Part shown: one piece after another, positions 12,782 to 24,454 of the stretch
How positions within the stretch are numbered: position 1 is the stretch's first letter
How the letters are laid out: the number at the start of each line of letters is the position of its first letter
Assembly (NCBI GenBank): GCA_964016885.1
Contig: OZ024743.1
Coordinates: 301,444,001-301,508,000 of the forward strand
From: Eledone cirrhosa
Lineage: Eukaryota
Reading direction: 5' to 3'
Length of the DNA: 64,000 nt
The notes under the pieces: generated by a model
Told to the model about the DNA's origin: nothing
Seen by the model: only the letters and a program-made list of their open reading frames with translations
The model's database searches: none
Made by a program: the position numbers and the translations under genes

Positions 12782-13035
12782 GCATACCAAATAACTGCTT
12801 TGTTTCTGATTTTTTTCCCGAGATTTATTCAGGATATTAGTATTTTTATTTATATTTAAATAAGTTTTAGAGCCCGCTTTATTTATGTTATTCGTATTTT
12901 TACCTAATTTATAATTCGAATTAGTATGTTTATATCCTGCCTTATCTAATGCCTCATTATATTATCCAGCCTTTTCAGCCAAAATGGATTTGTTAGCGGA
13001 TAAACTAGTTAAGCGTTTTTGAACATTACTAACTA

Positions 13036-13040
<5 letters not shown>
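12782..13040 (-). mobile_element. Inverted copy of a Naiad-type PLE fragment (thumb/linker)
   Basis: Reverse complement of 13316-13516; translates as VSNVQKRLTSLSANK..YNEALDKAGY. Confidence 0.8.
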
Positions 13041-13117
<77 letters not shown>

Positions 13118-13223
13118 GATAAGCAGAACAAGCAAATTTCAACCAATTTTTTAAAAATAAATTAAAAAGACAACCTATATATTTCTAGGGTACTTGGTAC
13201 CCATGTGCATATTAACTTCTTCC

Positions 13224-13315
<92 letters not shown>

Positions 13316-13321
<6 letters not shown>

Positions 13322-15640
13322 TAGTTAATAGTGTTCAAAAACGCTTCACTAGATTATCCGCTAATACTAATAGTAATTCGAATTATAAATTAGGTAAAAA
13401 TACGAATAACATAAATTAAGCGGACTCTAAAACTTATTTAAATATAAATAAAAATACTAGTGTCGTGAATAAATCTCGGGAAAAAATCAGAACCAAAGCA
13501 GTTATTTGGTATGTACCTCCTGCGTCTTTACCTAACAAAACACCCCTGGCAAATGTATTATTTAAGGCTTCAGATACATTCTTTCAATAGACACACAATT
13601 AAGCTATCTTATTCTAAAACTATGAAAATGGCTCAGAACATTGCAAAAATAAAATGTAGAATTCTTAATCATAACCAACAAACAATTAGGGATAATGGCA
13701 ATATTAATATTAGCAATAATATTGATACTGTGAATAACAATAACATTAATTTTAGCACTCACAATAGAACACCTCCAAGTATTAGCAATGATAACGTGTA
13801 CAGTTTAAATTATAGTAATAACAGTAAATAGAAATGTAACTGTAGAAATAGATCGAATTGCCCTCTGCAAAATAATTGTCTTGATACCGTTAAAGCAAAT
13901 AACATATATAGGTGCAACTTCATCGGGCTTTAAATTAAGATATTTGAATCACAAACACTCTTTTTCGAATCCGGATAAGAAATTCTCCACCTCTTTATCA
14001 CAACTTATATGGTCCTTAAAAGACAACAATTTGGAGTACTCAATATTTTGGTCAACACTTTGTAATAGCCAACTCTACGTAAATTCCTCAGTATCACATA
14101 ACTGTAATCATTGCTATATGGAGACCCTATTAATAATTACTAATTATTATAACTTAATTAACAAACAAATGAATTATTCTCAAATTGCTTGCACAAAGCT
14201 ATATCTACATTCCAAGCTTCACAAAAAAAAAAAAATCAGGAAACAACATTGAATAAATGTGAAATGATTCAGACGTTTATTAATAACTCTGAGCGTGAAA
14301 CAATATTGTATCAGATTAAACATTCTTGTAATGCTTTTATTATTTATACTATTAGTAATATAAGATTAAGTTAATCTACCTTAACGTTGAAATTGTTAAC
14401 CTGATCTCTTGTTGAGTACGTATGACCTTTAGATTGTTTAAATACATTTAATTGTCGTTTTTTTGTACTTTCTAAATCTTATATCTTTTATATTTGATAC
14501 CTCGAATGTATTCAGACTTGAAAACCATTTAATTACTTTGAATGGTTGTATACGATTCACGAGGATATGATTATACATTTGTAGTATAAAAGTTTCCTTA
14601 GATCGAAGTTGATACTTTTTTTAATACTTAAATTGATAAAACCTTTTAAATACAATAACATCTAGTTGAATCAAATTTATAACACTCTTAACATTAATTA
14701 TACTATATATAAGTAACTATTACCATCTTAAACCTTAAACTTGATAGTCTATATATAAATTATACAAATGTGTATATTTAGATAAATCTGGTTTAATAAC
14801 ATCTTATTAAATACATTTATAATACTTTATGGCCTATTAATAACATCTTAATGTTAATGTTTTTTGACTAATGTATTGATTATACTCTTGATTTTAATAT
14901 ACTTTTAAATATACTTGTGATTACCTTTAGAGTTATGATAAACATATATGTATCTCTTTCACGTTACATTTGATTGAACTATGATATAATATAAATCCTT
15001 TAAAATGTACTTGTCTAAAATCATATGTCATTTGATTAATTGAATATTTCTAATTAACTTAAGATTTGAAAATAAACGGTCACGCATCATTCTTTCCCCC
15101 TATCTAATGATATGCTATTTATATGTTACAATGCATATCTTCCTCCCTTTGTTTATACGATTGAACTTATTTTCCTCAATCTATCACTTGATCATTTCTC
15201 CCTTCTCTAGTTCCTACGACTAAATCTCCTTCTTGTTCTCTTTTTCCTCATGATTTGCTATCTGTATCTCTCACTTCCACTATCTACAATTATGAGGTAT
15301 ACATATATTATTATTATTATTTAAATTGTTAACAGTTATATAAGTGTACGTATTATATATTATTAGTTATTTATATATCTTTATACACATTTTTCATACG
15401 CACCCTCTGTATTATATGTAAGTTTTCATGTTTCAAATAAAGGTATATAAATATTGAGTTTTGTAATAACTAATCACTGTCATGACTAAATTATAACTAT
15501 CAACATAGTCAAGGAATGTCAGGCATCAACTTATTTTATCTGATGAGGACGTACTGTTGAAATAGCTCAGTACCTCTGAAATATGTATAATAAAATATAT
15601 TTGATCACATGAATGTCTATATTTATTAATATTTTGAAGT
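13316..15640 (+). mobile_element. 5'-truncated Penelope-like element, Naiad-type (linker, GIY-YIG, long AT-rich pLTR)
   Basis: VIWY.PP, FNRHTIKLSYS, CNCRNRSNCPLQNNC (CxCx5Cx5C), YIGATSSGFKLRYLNHKHSF, CNHCYME; hammerhead near the 3' end. Confidence 0.88.
15532..15597 (+). ncRNA. Type I hammerhead ribozyme
   Basis: tattttat-CTGATGA-ggacgtactg..cagtacctct-GAAA-tatgta-TA-ataaaata: 8-bp stem I, 10-bp stem II with one mismatch, near-palindromic short stem III. Confidence 0.85.
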
Positions 15641-15659
15641 TATATATATATATATATAT

Positions 15660-16549
15660 ATATATAAATTAATAAAATAATGAATAAACAAAGAAACAGT
15701 TCCTTATATTAAAAACATTCATCATTTTACGATCGTTTCTAGGATATATATGTGTTAGAGTTGGTATGCATATTCTATAGATCTATGTACAATATTTATA
15801 CAAACTATCAGGGGGAATATACATACCTACACATATATATGCTGTCTTCAGAAATAATGATATTTGTTTATTGAAAAAAACAAAGATTCAATACAATAGG
15901 TCTGTTAGGGAACGGGTTTTGAATTGACCAATAGAGAGATAGTGAGGGTCAGGATAGTAATATAGTAGTAGAAGAACCTTAAATTATGGGTAGAGGAAGG
16001 TAGATTTCAGTTTTGAATGGAAAAGAATATTATGAATGAAGGATTATTTTAGGGAAGAAATAGGTCTTATGCTGACCTCAGAAATAATTTTATTTTTTCA
16101 TTGAATAAAACAAACAAAGATCTAATATATTCTGTCTGTTTGGTAAGAGGTTTAGAATTAACCAATAGAAAGTTAATAATTGGCCAAATGGTAAAATAGT
16201 AGTAATTGAAGCTTATTTTAGGGGTGAAAATAGGTCAAGTGGTCAGTAAAAGGTATACAAGCAGTTGCTGTTATGAAATAGTAATGCCAATACAAATATC
16301 TAAGGTGACTAAAGTTTTAAGATAAGAATGTTAGTGAAAAATATACATCTATGAAAAGAATATAAATTAATTTAATTGATGGCTATATTTATATTGATAA
16401 CATTATACTAATACATATAGATATGATAAATAAGAGTTAGATGCAGTTGAAAAGTGCTGTTAAAGATGAGGGTAAATTAAAAGAATATAAAAATAATATA
16501 TATATATATAAACATACATATATATATATATATACATATATATACACAT

Positions 16550-16627
<78 letters not shown>

Positions 16628-16713
16628 TTATATATATACATATATATACATATATATACACATTCACACACACATACACACATATATATTTATATACATA
16701 TACATATATATAC

Positions 16714-16780
<67 letters not shown>

Positions 16781-17676
16781 GATATATACATGCACATATA
16801 CATACATACAAATACACCTACACACACATATACACTTATATATACATATAATTATTGGGGGGGGGTTACATTTATTAGTGAGAAATAGTAAATATATATA
16901 GTTTTCAAGGAACATAGAGTCGTAACCTGAAGGTAAAGTAGTATATATGTTTACTTAATGGTATCAGTTTTAGGAAATGATATTTGCAAGAAGGAAAGCA
17001 AAATTATGTAGTTCATCAGTAGTAGAATATACATTTATAGGTTAACTAAATTAAAAATAGTTTATATATTAATTTCAAAAGTGTATATTAATTAGGATTA
17101 TAATTTTTAAAGCAGAATTATGTAGTTCATCAGTAGTAGAATATTAATTATAGGTTAACTAAATTTAAAAAAAAAATTCATAAATTAATTTCTGAAGTGT
17201 ATATTAATTAGGTTTATAATATTTAAAGGTTTTTCTCAGTATATGATTACACGATATTATTAATTCCTGTCGCTTATTTAATAGGATATCCTTTAGATTT
17301 CATTATTTCAAAAAGTTATTGGGAACATAATCTACATTCATTTCTACTATTTTGATAAGGGGTGGCCCTTTTGAGCACACTCCAGGTCAGGTCATATTCT
17401 ATATTCCTCTTTCTATAACTATTTATTATTTCAGCTAGAGATGTTGTATTAGCTAGTGCGGCATTTTTAAAACTATGTTTGTGGGTATTAAATTTAACCT
17501 AAAATTTGTTAGAGGTAGCTCCTATATATGAATAAATTGAGTCCTTAGTGTAACTTTACATGTATATACTATGTTGTTAACAAGGCAATTTCCTTTTAAT
17601 GGACAGTTTGCCTTGTTTCTACAGTTACAACTTTTCGTGAATCCTGTATCTGAGGAGATATTATGGTTAGTTTGAT
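15660..17676 (-). repeat. ~2-kb inverted copy of the 3' part (GIY-YIG plus pLTR) of the downstream PLE
   Basis: Near-identical reverse complement of ~18780-20770, including the internal microsatellite and the hammerhead. Confidence 0.93.
15719..15860 (-). ncRNA. Hammerhead with expanded stem II (mirror of 20572-20713)
   Basis: Reverse complement reads tcattattt-CTGAAGA-(~105 nt)-GAAA-cgatcg-TA-aaatgatga. Confidence 0.7.
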
Positions 17677-17679
17677 ATT

Positions 17680-19251
17680 ATGGTTGATATTATGGTTGTG
17701 TTTCATAGAAACACATATAGTACTCTATTCGATATTACTATGGGCTCAAGCGATTCTGCCCAAATTACTGATCTTGTGGGCCTCTTTCTTCTTTTTAACA
17801 TAAATGCTTCTCTTCCCCACCTTAAAGGTGGTTTATATCGTGACGACTGTCTTCTTTTTTCCAATAACCTTAGCCTCTCAGAGATAGAAAAAAATAGAAA
17901 GCTTATTAGAACTTTCCTCAAAGACTATTATAGTCTAGATATTACATTTGAAAACACAAGTAAAGTAGTTAATTTCCTAGATATAACATTAGACTTATCT
18001 ACGGGTATCTACCAACCTTACCATAAACACAACCAACATTTACACTACATACACTCACAATCTAATCACCCTAAATATATCCTTAAAAGCCTTGCATATA
18101 ATATATCACTTAGAATTTCTAACCTTTCGTCTAACAAAGATGTATTTGATAAAAATGTGACCTTTTATAACGAAGCTCTAGCTAGAAGTGGCCCCAAAAA
18201 TAGATTAGTATATATACCTTCTACCAATAACACTACAAACATACAACCTAATATTACCAACAAACACCAAATGAAACATACACACCTAAATGCCACTCAC
18301 ACTATACCCCAAAACACCAACATAAAACCAAATTTCTCTAACTCTTCTAATATACAGTATAGTAACTCTCAAAAAACTACTCATCCTACAACTCTAATAA
18401 ATGTTAATAACAAAACACCTAATAAACAAGCTAAAACACCTAAATCAATAAATCTAACTAAAAATGTGTGTGGTGAGGTCATTAACAATAATTCTCTTAA
18501 TAAACATCAGGATGCATCCTATAAAAACAATAAACAACATCGAAACCGTAATAGACGAGTTACTTGGTACAATGCTCCATTTAATTTACAAATTAAGGAT
18601 AATATACCTAAAACATCCTTTAATATCCTAGAGAAAAACTTCCCGCCAAACCACAAATACCAAATCTTAAATAGATCAACGGTTAAATTCTCCTACTCAA
18701 CAACAAAAAACATAAAACACAATATAAGTGCCTATAATGCATATACATGTAAACAAACCATGAGTATACCACCAGAACATCAAACTAACCATAATATCTC
18801 CTCAGATACAGGATTCACGAAAAGTTGTAACTGTAGAAACAAGGCAAACTGTCCATTAAAAGGAAAGTGCCTTGTTAACAACATAGTATATAAATGTAAA
18901 GTTAACACTAAGGACTCAATTTATTCATATATAGGAGCTACCTCTAACAAAATTAAGGTAAGATTTAATACCCACGAACATAGCTTTAAAAATGCCGCAC
19001 TAGCTAATACAACATCTCTAGCTGAAATAATAAATAGTTATAGAAAGCGGAATATAGAATATGACCTGACCTGGAGTGTGCTCAAAAGGACCACCCCTTA
19101 TCAAAATAGTAGAAATGAATGTAGATTATGTTCCCAATAACTTTTTGAAATAATGAAATCTAAGGATATCCTATTAAATAAGCGACAGGAATTAATACTA
19201 TCGTGTAATCATAAACTGAGAAAAACCTTTAAATATTATAAACCTAATTAA
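17680..19251 (+). pseudogene. Naiad-type PLE ORF, 5'-truncated: RT C-half, thumb, N/T-rich linker, CxCx5Cx5C, GIY-YIG; one in-frame TAA at 19138-19140
   Basis: FDITMGSSDSAQITDLVG, GLYRDD, VNFLDITL, SNHP, RRVTWYNAPF, CNCRNKANCPLKGKC, IVYKC..YIGAT, CRLCSQ*. The frame continues LLNKRQELILSCNH to a stop at 19251. Confidence 0.93.
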
Positions 19252-19734
19252 TATACACTTTAGAAATTAATTTATAAATTATTTTTTTAAATTTAGTTAA
19301 ACTAGAATTAATATTCTACTACTGATGAACTAGATAATTCTGCTTTAAAAATTATAAACCTAATTAATATACACTTTTGAAATTAATATATAAACTATTT
19401 TTAATTTAGATAACTATTCTACTACTGATGAACTACATAATTTTGCTTTAATATATAAACTATTTTTAATTTAGATAAATATTCTACTACTGATGAACTA
19501 CATAATTTTGCTTTCCTTCTTACAAATATCATTTCCTAAAACTGATACCATTAAGTAAACATATATAATACTTTAACTTCAAGTTATGACTCTATGTTCC
19601 TTGAAAACTATATATATGTACTATTTCTCACTAATAAATGTAATCCCCCCCCCCCAACAATTATATGTATATATAAGTGTATATGTGTGTGTAGGTGTAT
19701 TTGTATGTATGTATATGTGCATGTATATATCTAT

Positions 19735-19770
<36 letters not shown>

Positions 19771-19842
19771 GTATATGTATATATATATGTGTGTATGTGT
19801 GTATGTATGTGTATATATATGTATATATATGTATATATATAA

Positions 19843-19919
<77 letters not shown>

Positions 19920-20571
19920 AGTATATATATATATATCATGTTTATATTCTTTTAATTTCCCCTCATCTTTAACAGCACTTTTCAACTGCATCTAACTCTT
20001 ATTTATCATATCTATATGTATTAGTATAATTTTATTAATATAAATATACCCATCAATTAAATTAATTTATATTCTTTTCATAGATGTATTTTTTTCACTA
20101 ACATTCTTATCTTAAAATTTTAGTCACCTTAGATATTTGTATTGGCATTACTATTTCATAACAGCAACTGCTTGTATACCTTTTACTGACCACCTGACCT
20201 ATTTTCACCCCTAAAATAAGCTTCAATTACTACTATTTTACCACTTGGCCAATTATTAACTTTCTATTGGTTAATTCTAAACCTCTTACCAAACAGACAG
20301 AATATATTAGATCTTTGTTGGTTTTATTCAATAAACAAATACAATTATTTCTGAGGTCAGCATAAGACCTATTTCTTCCCTAAAATAATCCTTAATTCAT
20401 AATATTCTTTTCCATCCAAAACTGAAATCTACCTTCCTCTACCCATAATTTAAGGTTCTTCTACTACTATATTACTATCCTGACCCTCACTATCTCTCTA
20501 TTGGTCAATTCAAAACCTGTTCCCAAACAGACCTATTGTATTGAATCTTTGTTTTTTTCAATAAACAAATA

Positions 20572-20713
20572 TCATTATTTCTGAAGACAGCAGATATATG
20601 TGTAGGTATGTATATTCCCTCTGATAGTTTGTATAAATATTGTACATAGATCTATAGAATATGCATACCAACTCTAACACATTTATATCCTAGAAACGAT
20701 CGTAAAATGATGA
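20572..20713 (+). ncRNA. Type I hammerhead with ~105-nt stem-II/loop-II insert
   Basis: tcattattt-CTGAAGA-...-GAAA-cgatcg-TA-aaatgatga: 9-bp stem I (one GU), palindromic stem III; the first stem-II pair is a C-A mismatch. Confidence 0.72.
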
Positions 20714-20907
20714 ATTTGTTTAATATAAGGAACCGTTTCTTTGTTTATTCATTATTTTATTAATTTATATTGACTCTGTTTTCCTTTTATTTTTCATCGC
20801 ACGTAGTTTTTGAATGCATCTTCTCTTTTCACGATATCCGGATTACATTGAGTTCTTCATACGGATTGGACACTACCGTAAACTTTTGGTAGATTTATCT
20901 ATCTATC

Positions 20908-20936
<29 letters not shown>

Positions 20937-20939
<3 letters not shown>

Positions 20940-23900
20940 ACGATGGGATCGAGGGACTCGACGCAGGTTACTGACCTGGTGGGCATCTACATCCTCAGGA
21001 ACCTGAAAAGCGAGATCCCATCGCCAGGCGTTGGAATATACCGCGACGATGCTTTGTTTACGCTACGCGACCACAACAACAACATGGCAAATAGGACTAG
21101 AAAGCGCTTAATTAGATTTTTCAACCCCTTCGGCCTCAGCATAGACTTAGAAAATAATATAAATATAGTCAACTCCCTGGATGTTACCCTCAATCTAGAA
21201 TCCGGTCTCTATTACCCGTACCACAAGCCGAAAGAGTGCCTCAACTACGTAAAGGCCAACTCCAACCATCCCTGGTCAGTCAAGAGGGCCATAGTTAATA
21301 GCGTATCCCGTAGGATTTCTTCTCAGTCAGCAAGCCAGGATACCTTCACTAGCGTAGCTACCTATTATAAAAAAGCACTTAATAATGCAGGTTACAAGGA
21401 GGAAATTAAGTTTATACCCAGTCTAATGAATTACGTTACCTCTGACAGTAACTTATCGGAAGGATACAACAACGGGACAAACACGACTAGGACTCCATTA
21501 CTCATCCCTGAGACCACACTACAGAGGAATCCTGGAGGAACTGCTAAACATTGCTTATTAAGAAGGCACCGGACCTTGTCTACATTGGGAAAGAAGGAAG
21601 CCTCCCTCGCTATGAACGGAGACCACTCACTTCGGGGTGCACCGATCGGCTTAACGAACCCCACGGGCAACGATGAATTGAGGGGCATGCCTCTTCTAGA
21701 CGTCCACAGCGACTACGTATCACATACTCTGGGGTAACGGGTACAGGGACTGTTGACTACAACAGGAAGCGAACTCGTTCCCGTAATGTCATTTGGTTTA
21801 ACCCCCCCCCCCCTCATTCTGCGCCGGTTTACGCAACAACCTAACGACCTCTTTCTTCAGGGCTTTGGATAAACACTTCCAAAGCAACACCGTACCACGT
21901 CACTTTCAAGATGCACACTATTAATTTGTCCTACTCCACAACTGGAAACCTAGCACAAAATATAGAAGCCTTAAACCGCAGTACATTAAAAATCGTCCGC
22001 AACTCTAGGGGAAAAAACAACCGTGAGGAGACGCAACACGCAAATACCTCTTCCTTCGTTGGTAACATCTTAAACCGTAAATGCCCGGGGAAACATACAA
22101 CGCGATCCAGAGATGCGGGCGGCAACACCCCTCCGGGCTGTAATTGTACAAACCCCAGTAACTGCCCCCTGAATGGATGGTGCTTTGCCAGTTGCTTAGT
22201 ATATGAATGCTAACAACTAAACCTTCACCTATAACTGAGCCACAGCTAATAAATTTAAGGAACCCTGGTACAATCACTGCCATACCTTTAGGAGAGTTGA
22301 TCAGAAATACAGCACCGCCCTCTCAGAACTGGTGTGGCGTTTCAAACATGATAACGTAGAATACACCTTGTCGTGGTCCAATGTAGTCTCAGCCAAATGC
22401 TACAGATGGGGTGGACATAACTCACGTGATTTGTGTGTCACCGAGATTATGGAAATAATAGACAGGAGAGCTCGAGTTATCAATAACATGTGTAACCTCT
22501 TCAGCACCTGCCTCCACAGATCATTTGGAACCCTTCTCAAACTGTACGGACTAACAACATAGTTGTACTAATTGAGGACTATCGCAAACTTGAACGTAGG
22601 AGCCGGGCGTGGCCACACAACTAGCCCAGGGTCAGGCGAACTATGGATATCTTGTTTGCGCACCTGGAGTCTCTGTGTTTCATGTCCCTTGTTCCTTATT
22701 CTCTGTTTATATACCTACTGTTGTTTTTTTAAGTATTTTGTCCCGTTCTTGTTTTATTATGTTCTCTATATGTTTTCTCGATTTCTTATCTGCTTGTTAC
22801 TGTTCCTACTTTCGCTCCCGTAATTCTCTTCCATAGTCTAACAGCACTTTTAATAGTATTGATGCCACTGTAGTTATAACTGAATGCTATTGTGGTTAAC
22901 TGTTTTTCTGCACCGTAATTATTGCTAGCGTTGTGCCTTAGAATGATAGAGAGGACTCTATTAACTGTCCATGTATTTATTTATATATATATAAATACCC
23001 ATCTATATTTCTATCCCATTTTTGCTTCCTTGTTTCAACGGACTACTATTGTGGTTAGTTTATTTTTCATAGAAGCGTGGCCTATTCATGTTGCCGCCGT
23101 CACCGTGGTGGGATCATCACTGGTGGTGTTGTTGTTATTGTTATTGGTGTTACCACTGTCTGGCTCCCGAGTAATGTGTGCTGTCTTCCATTGGCTTGAT
23201 ACTAATATAAATGATACCACCACTATTACGACGAACGGGGTAGGTGATGGGCGGTGTTAATGTTTGTTGCCGTTACTATTGTTGTTGTTGCTATATATGC
23301 TCATGGTGATTGATACCACCAATTCTGTGTACCCACCGAGCTCAGAACTCATTTTTATTGCTTTGGCGTTATCGTTGTTATTGTCGACAGTGTGGTACCG
23401 TCACTACGACTGCTATGGCTTGTGTACACGGCGCTGGTCTGTGTTTTTGCTGTTGTCCTCGTTGTTGCTGTTGTTGTTGTTGTAAATGTTTATTGCAGCT
23501 GTTGCTTTCGTTGTTGTTGTCAGTAAGGTAATAATATCACTACGATCGGCGGTTTGCTGTTATTGTTGTTATTGTTGTTGTTGTTGTAGTTCTTGTCTAT
23601 AGGTGGTTATCAACAAAATATAAGCCCCACCATCCCTCAGAGCTCCATTTATTGCTTCCACTGTCTACAGGGCTTTGGCTACACACAGCTTTTCGTTTGT
23701 TTTCGTTTCTTTCCTTGATAGATTTTTCTAGCAAACACGACGGCTGGCAAACCTTTCAATGAAGTCATATGTCCGCTGGGCACACAAACAATAGGACGTG
23801 TGTTTTTTTCCTGCTAGCGATATATCGGTTATTCATCTGACGATACCGTTCACATAATCAACAGCAATTGCATGAAGGACATCTCGATAACATGGAGAAC

Positions 23901-24170
23901 CGTGGAAATAATTATAATGATTAAAATATATATGTAACCTCATCAACTTGTTTTGTTATATATATATTTAATAAGACACTATATGAAATAGTTATTATTC
24001 AGCCATCATCGCTCCCGCTCCGCATTTACGGCTACTCCACTACATACACACTATATTTCATATAAACTTTTCACACAAGACAAACCCCAATTATATATAT
24101 AGTGTAAAGTCACTGCTCTTGAACTATAAACAACTTGCTACTACCTACCTACGACCTACCATCATTCGGA
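20937..24170 (+). mobile_element. 5'-truncated Naiad-type PLE (a different family) with frameshifts and a long 3' region
   Basis: ITMGSRDSTQVTDLVG, GIYRDD, ANSNHP, NVIWFNPP, CNCTNPSNCPLNGWC, DLCVTE..CLHR. Starts directly after (TA)n. Confidence 0.9.
23829..23924 (+). ncRNA. Type I hammerhead with enlarged loop II
   Basis: ttcat-CTGACGA-taccgttc-(~45 nt)-gaaccgtg-GAAA-taatta-TA-atga; palindromic stem III ataattat. Confidence 0.75.
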
Positions 24171-24271
24171 TGTTAATGACAATGTTTTTAATAAGAAGAA
24201 TCGTGATAATTATAACGGCAACAGTAATAATAATAATAACAAGGATGATTAAATATCATTATTGTTGAGTA

Positions 24272-24445
24272 TCGGCAGAGGGTCGGACGCAATGATTTGA
24301 CGCATAGTGTTACGGCCCTTGCCATTTTTAGTTCAAATCCCGCCGAGGTTAACTTTGCCTCTCGTCATTACGGAGTCGATAAAATAAAGTACCAGTAATG
24401 CACTCGGTAATTGCTGGCCTTGTGCCTACAGTAGAATCAATAATT
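24272..24445 (+). mobile_element. Near-full-length tRNA-derived SINE
   Basis: B-box-like gttcaaatccc followed by the shared core and tail. Confidence 0.8.
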
Positions 24446-24454
24446 GCTGTTAAA

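Noticed and set aside
19310-19515. CRISPR-like or C/D-box snoRNA-like repeats containing TGATGA
   Set aside because: The intervening sequences are themselves repeated, there are no cas genes, the context is eukaryotic, and there is no matching D box or terminal stem.
13830-22210. Selenocysteine recoding, reported for some Naiad PLEs
   Set aside because: The Cys motifs I checked use TGT/TGC, the in-frame stop at 19138 is TAA rather than TGA, and I recognised no SECIS.
22560-23600. Hydrophobic ORFs resembling membrane proteins
   Set aside because: T/GTT-rich low-complexity 3' region of a PLE.
24272-24345. tRNA gene
   Set aside because: Only a B-box-like motif in a SINE head; no cloverleaf.
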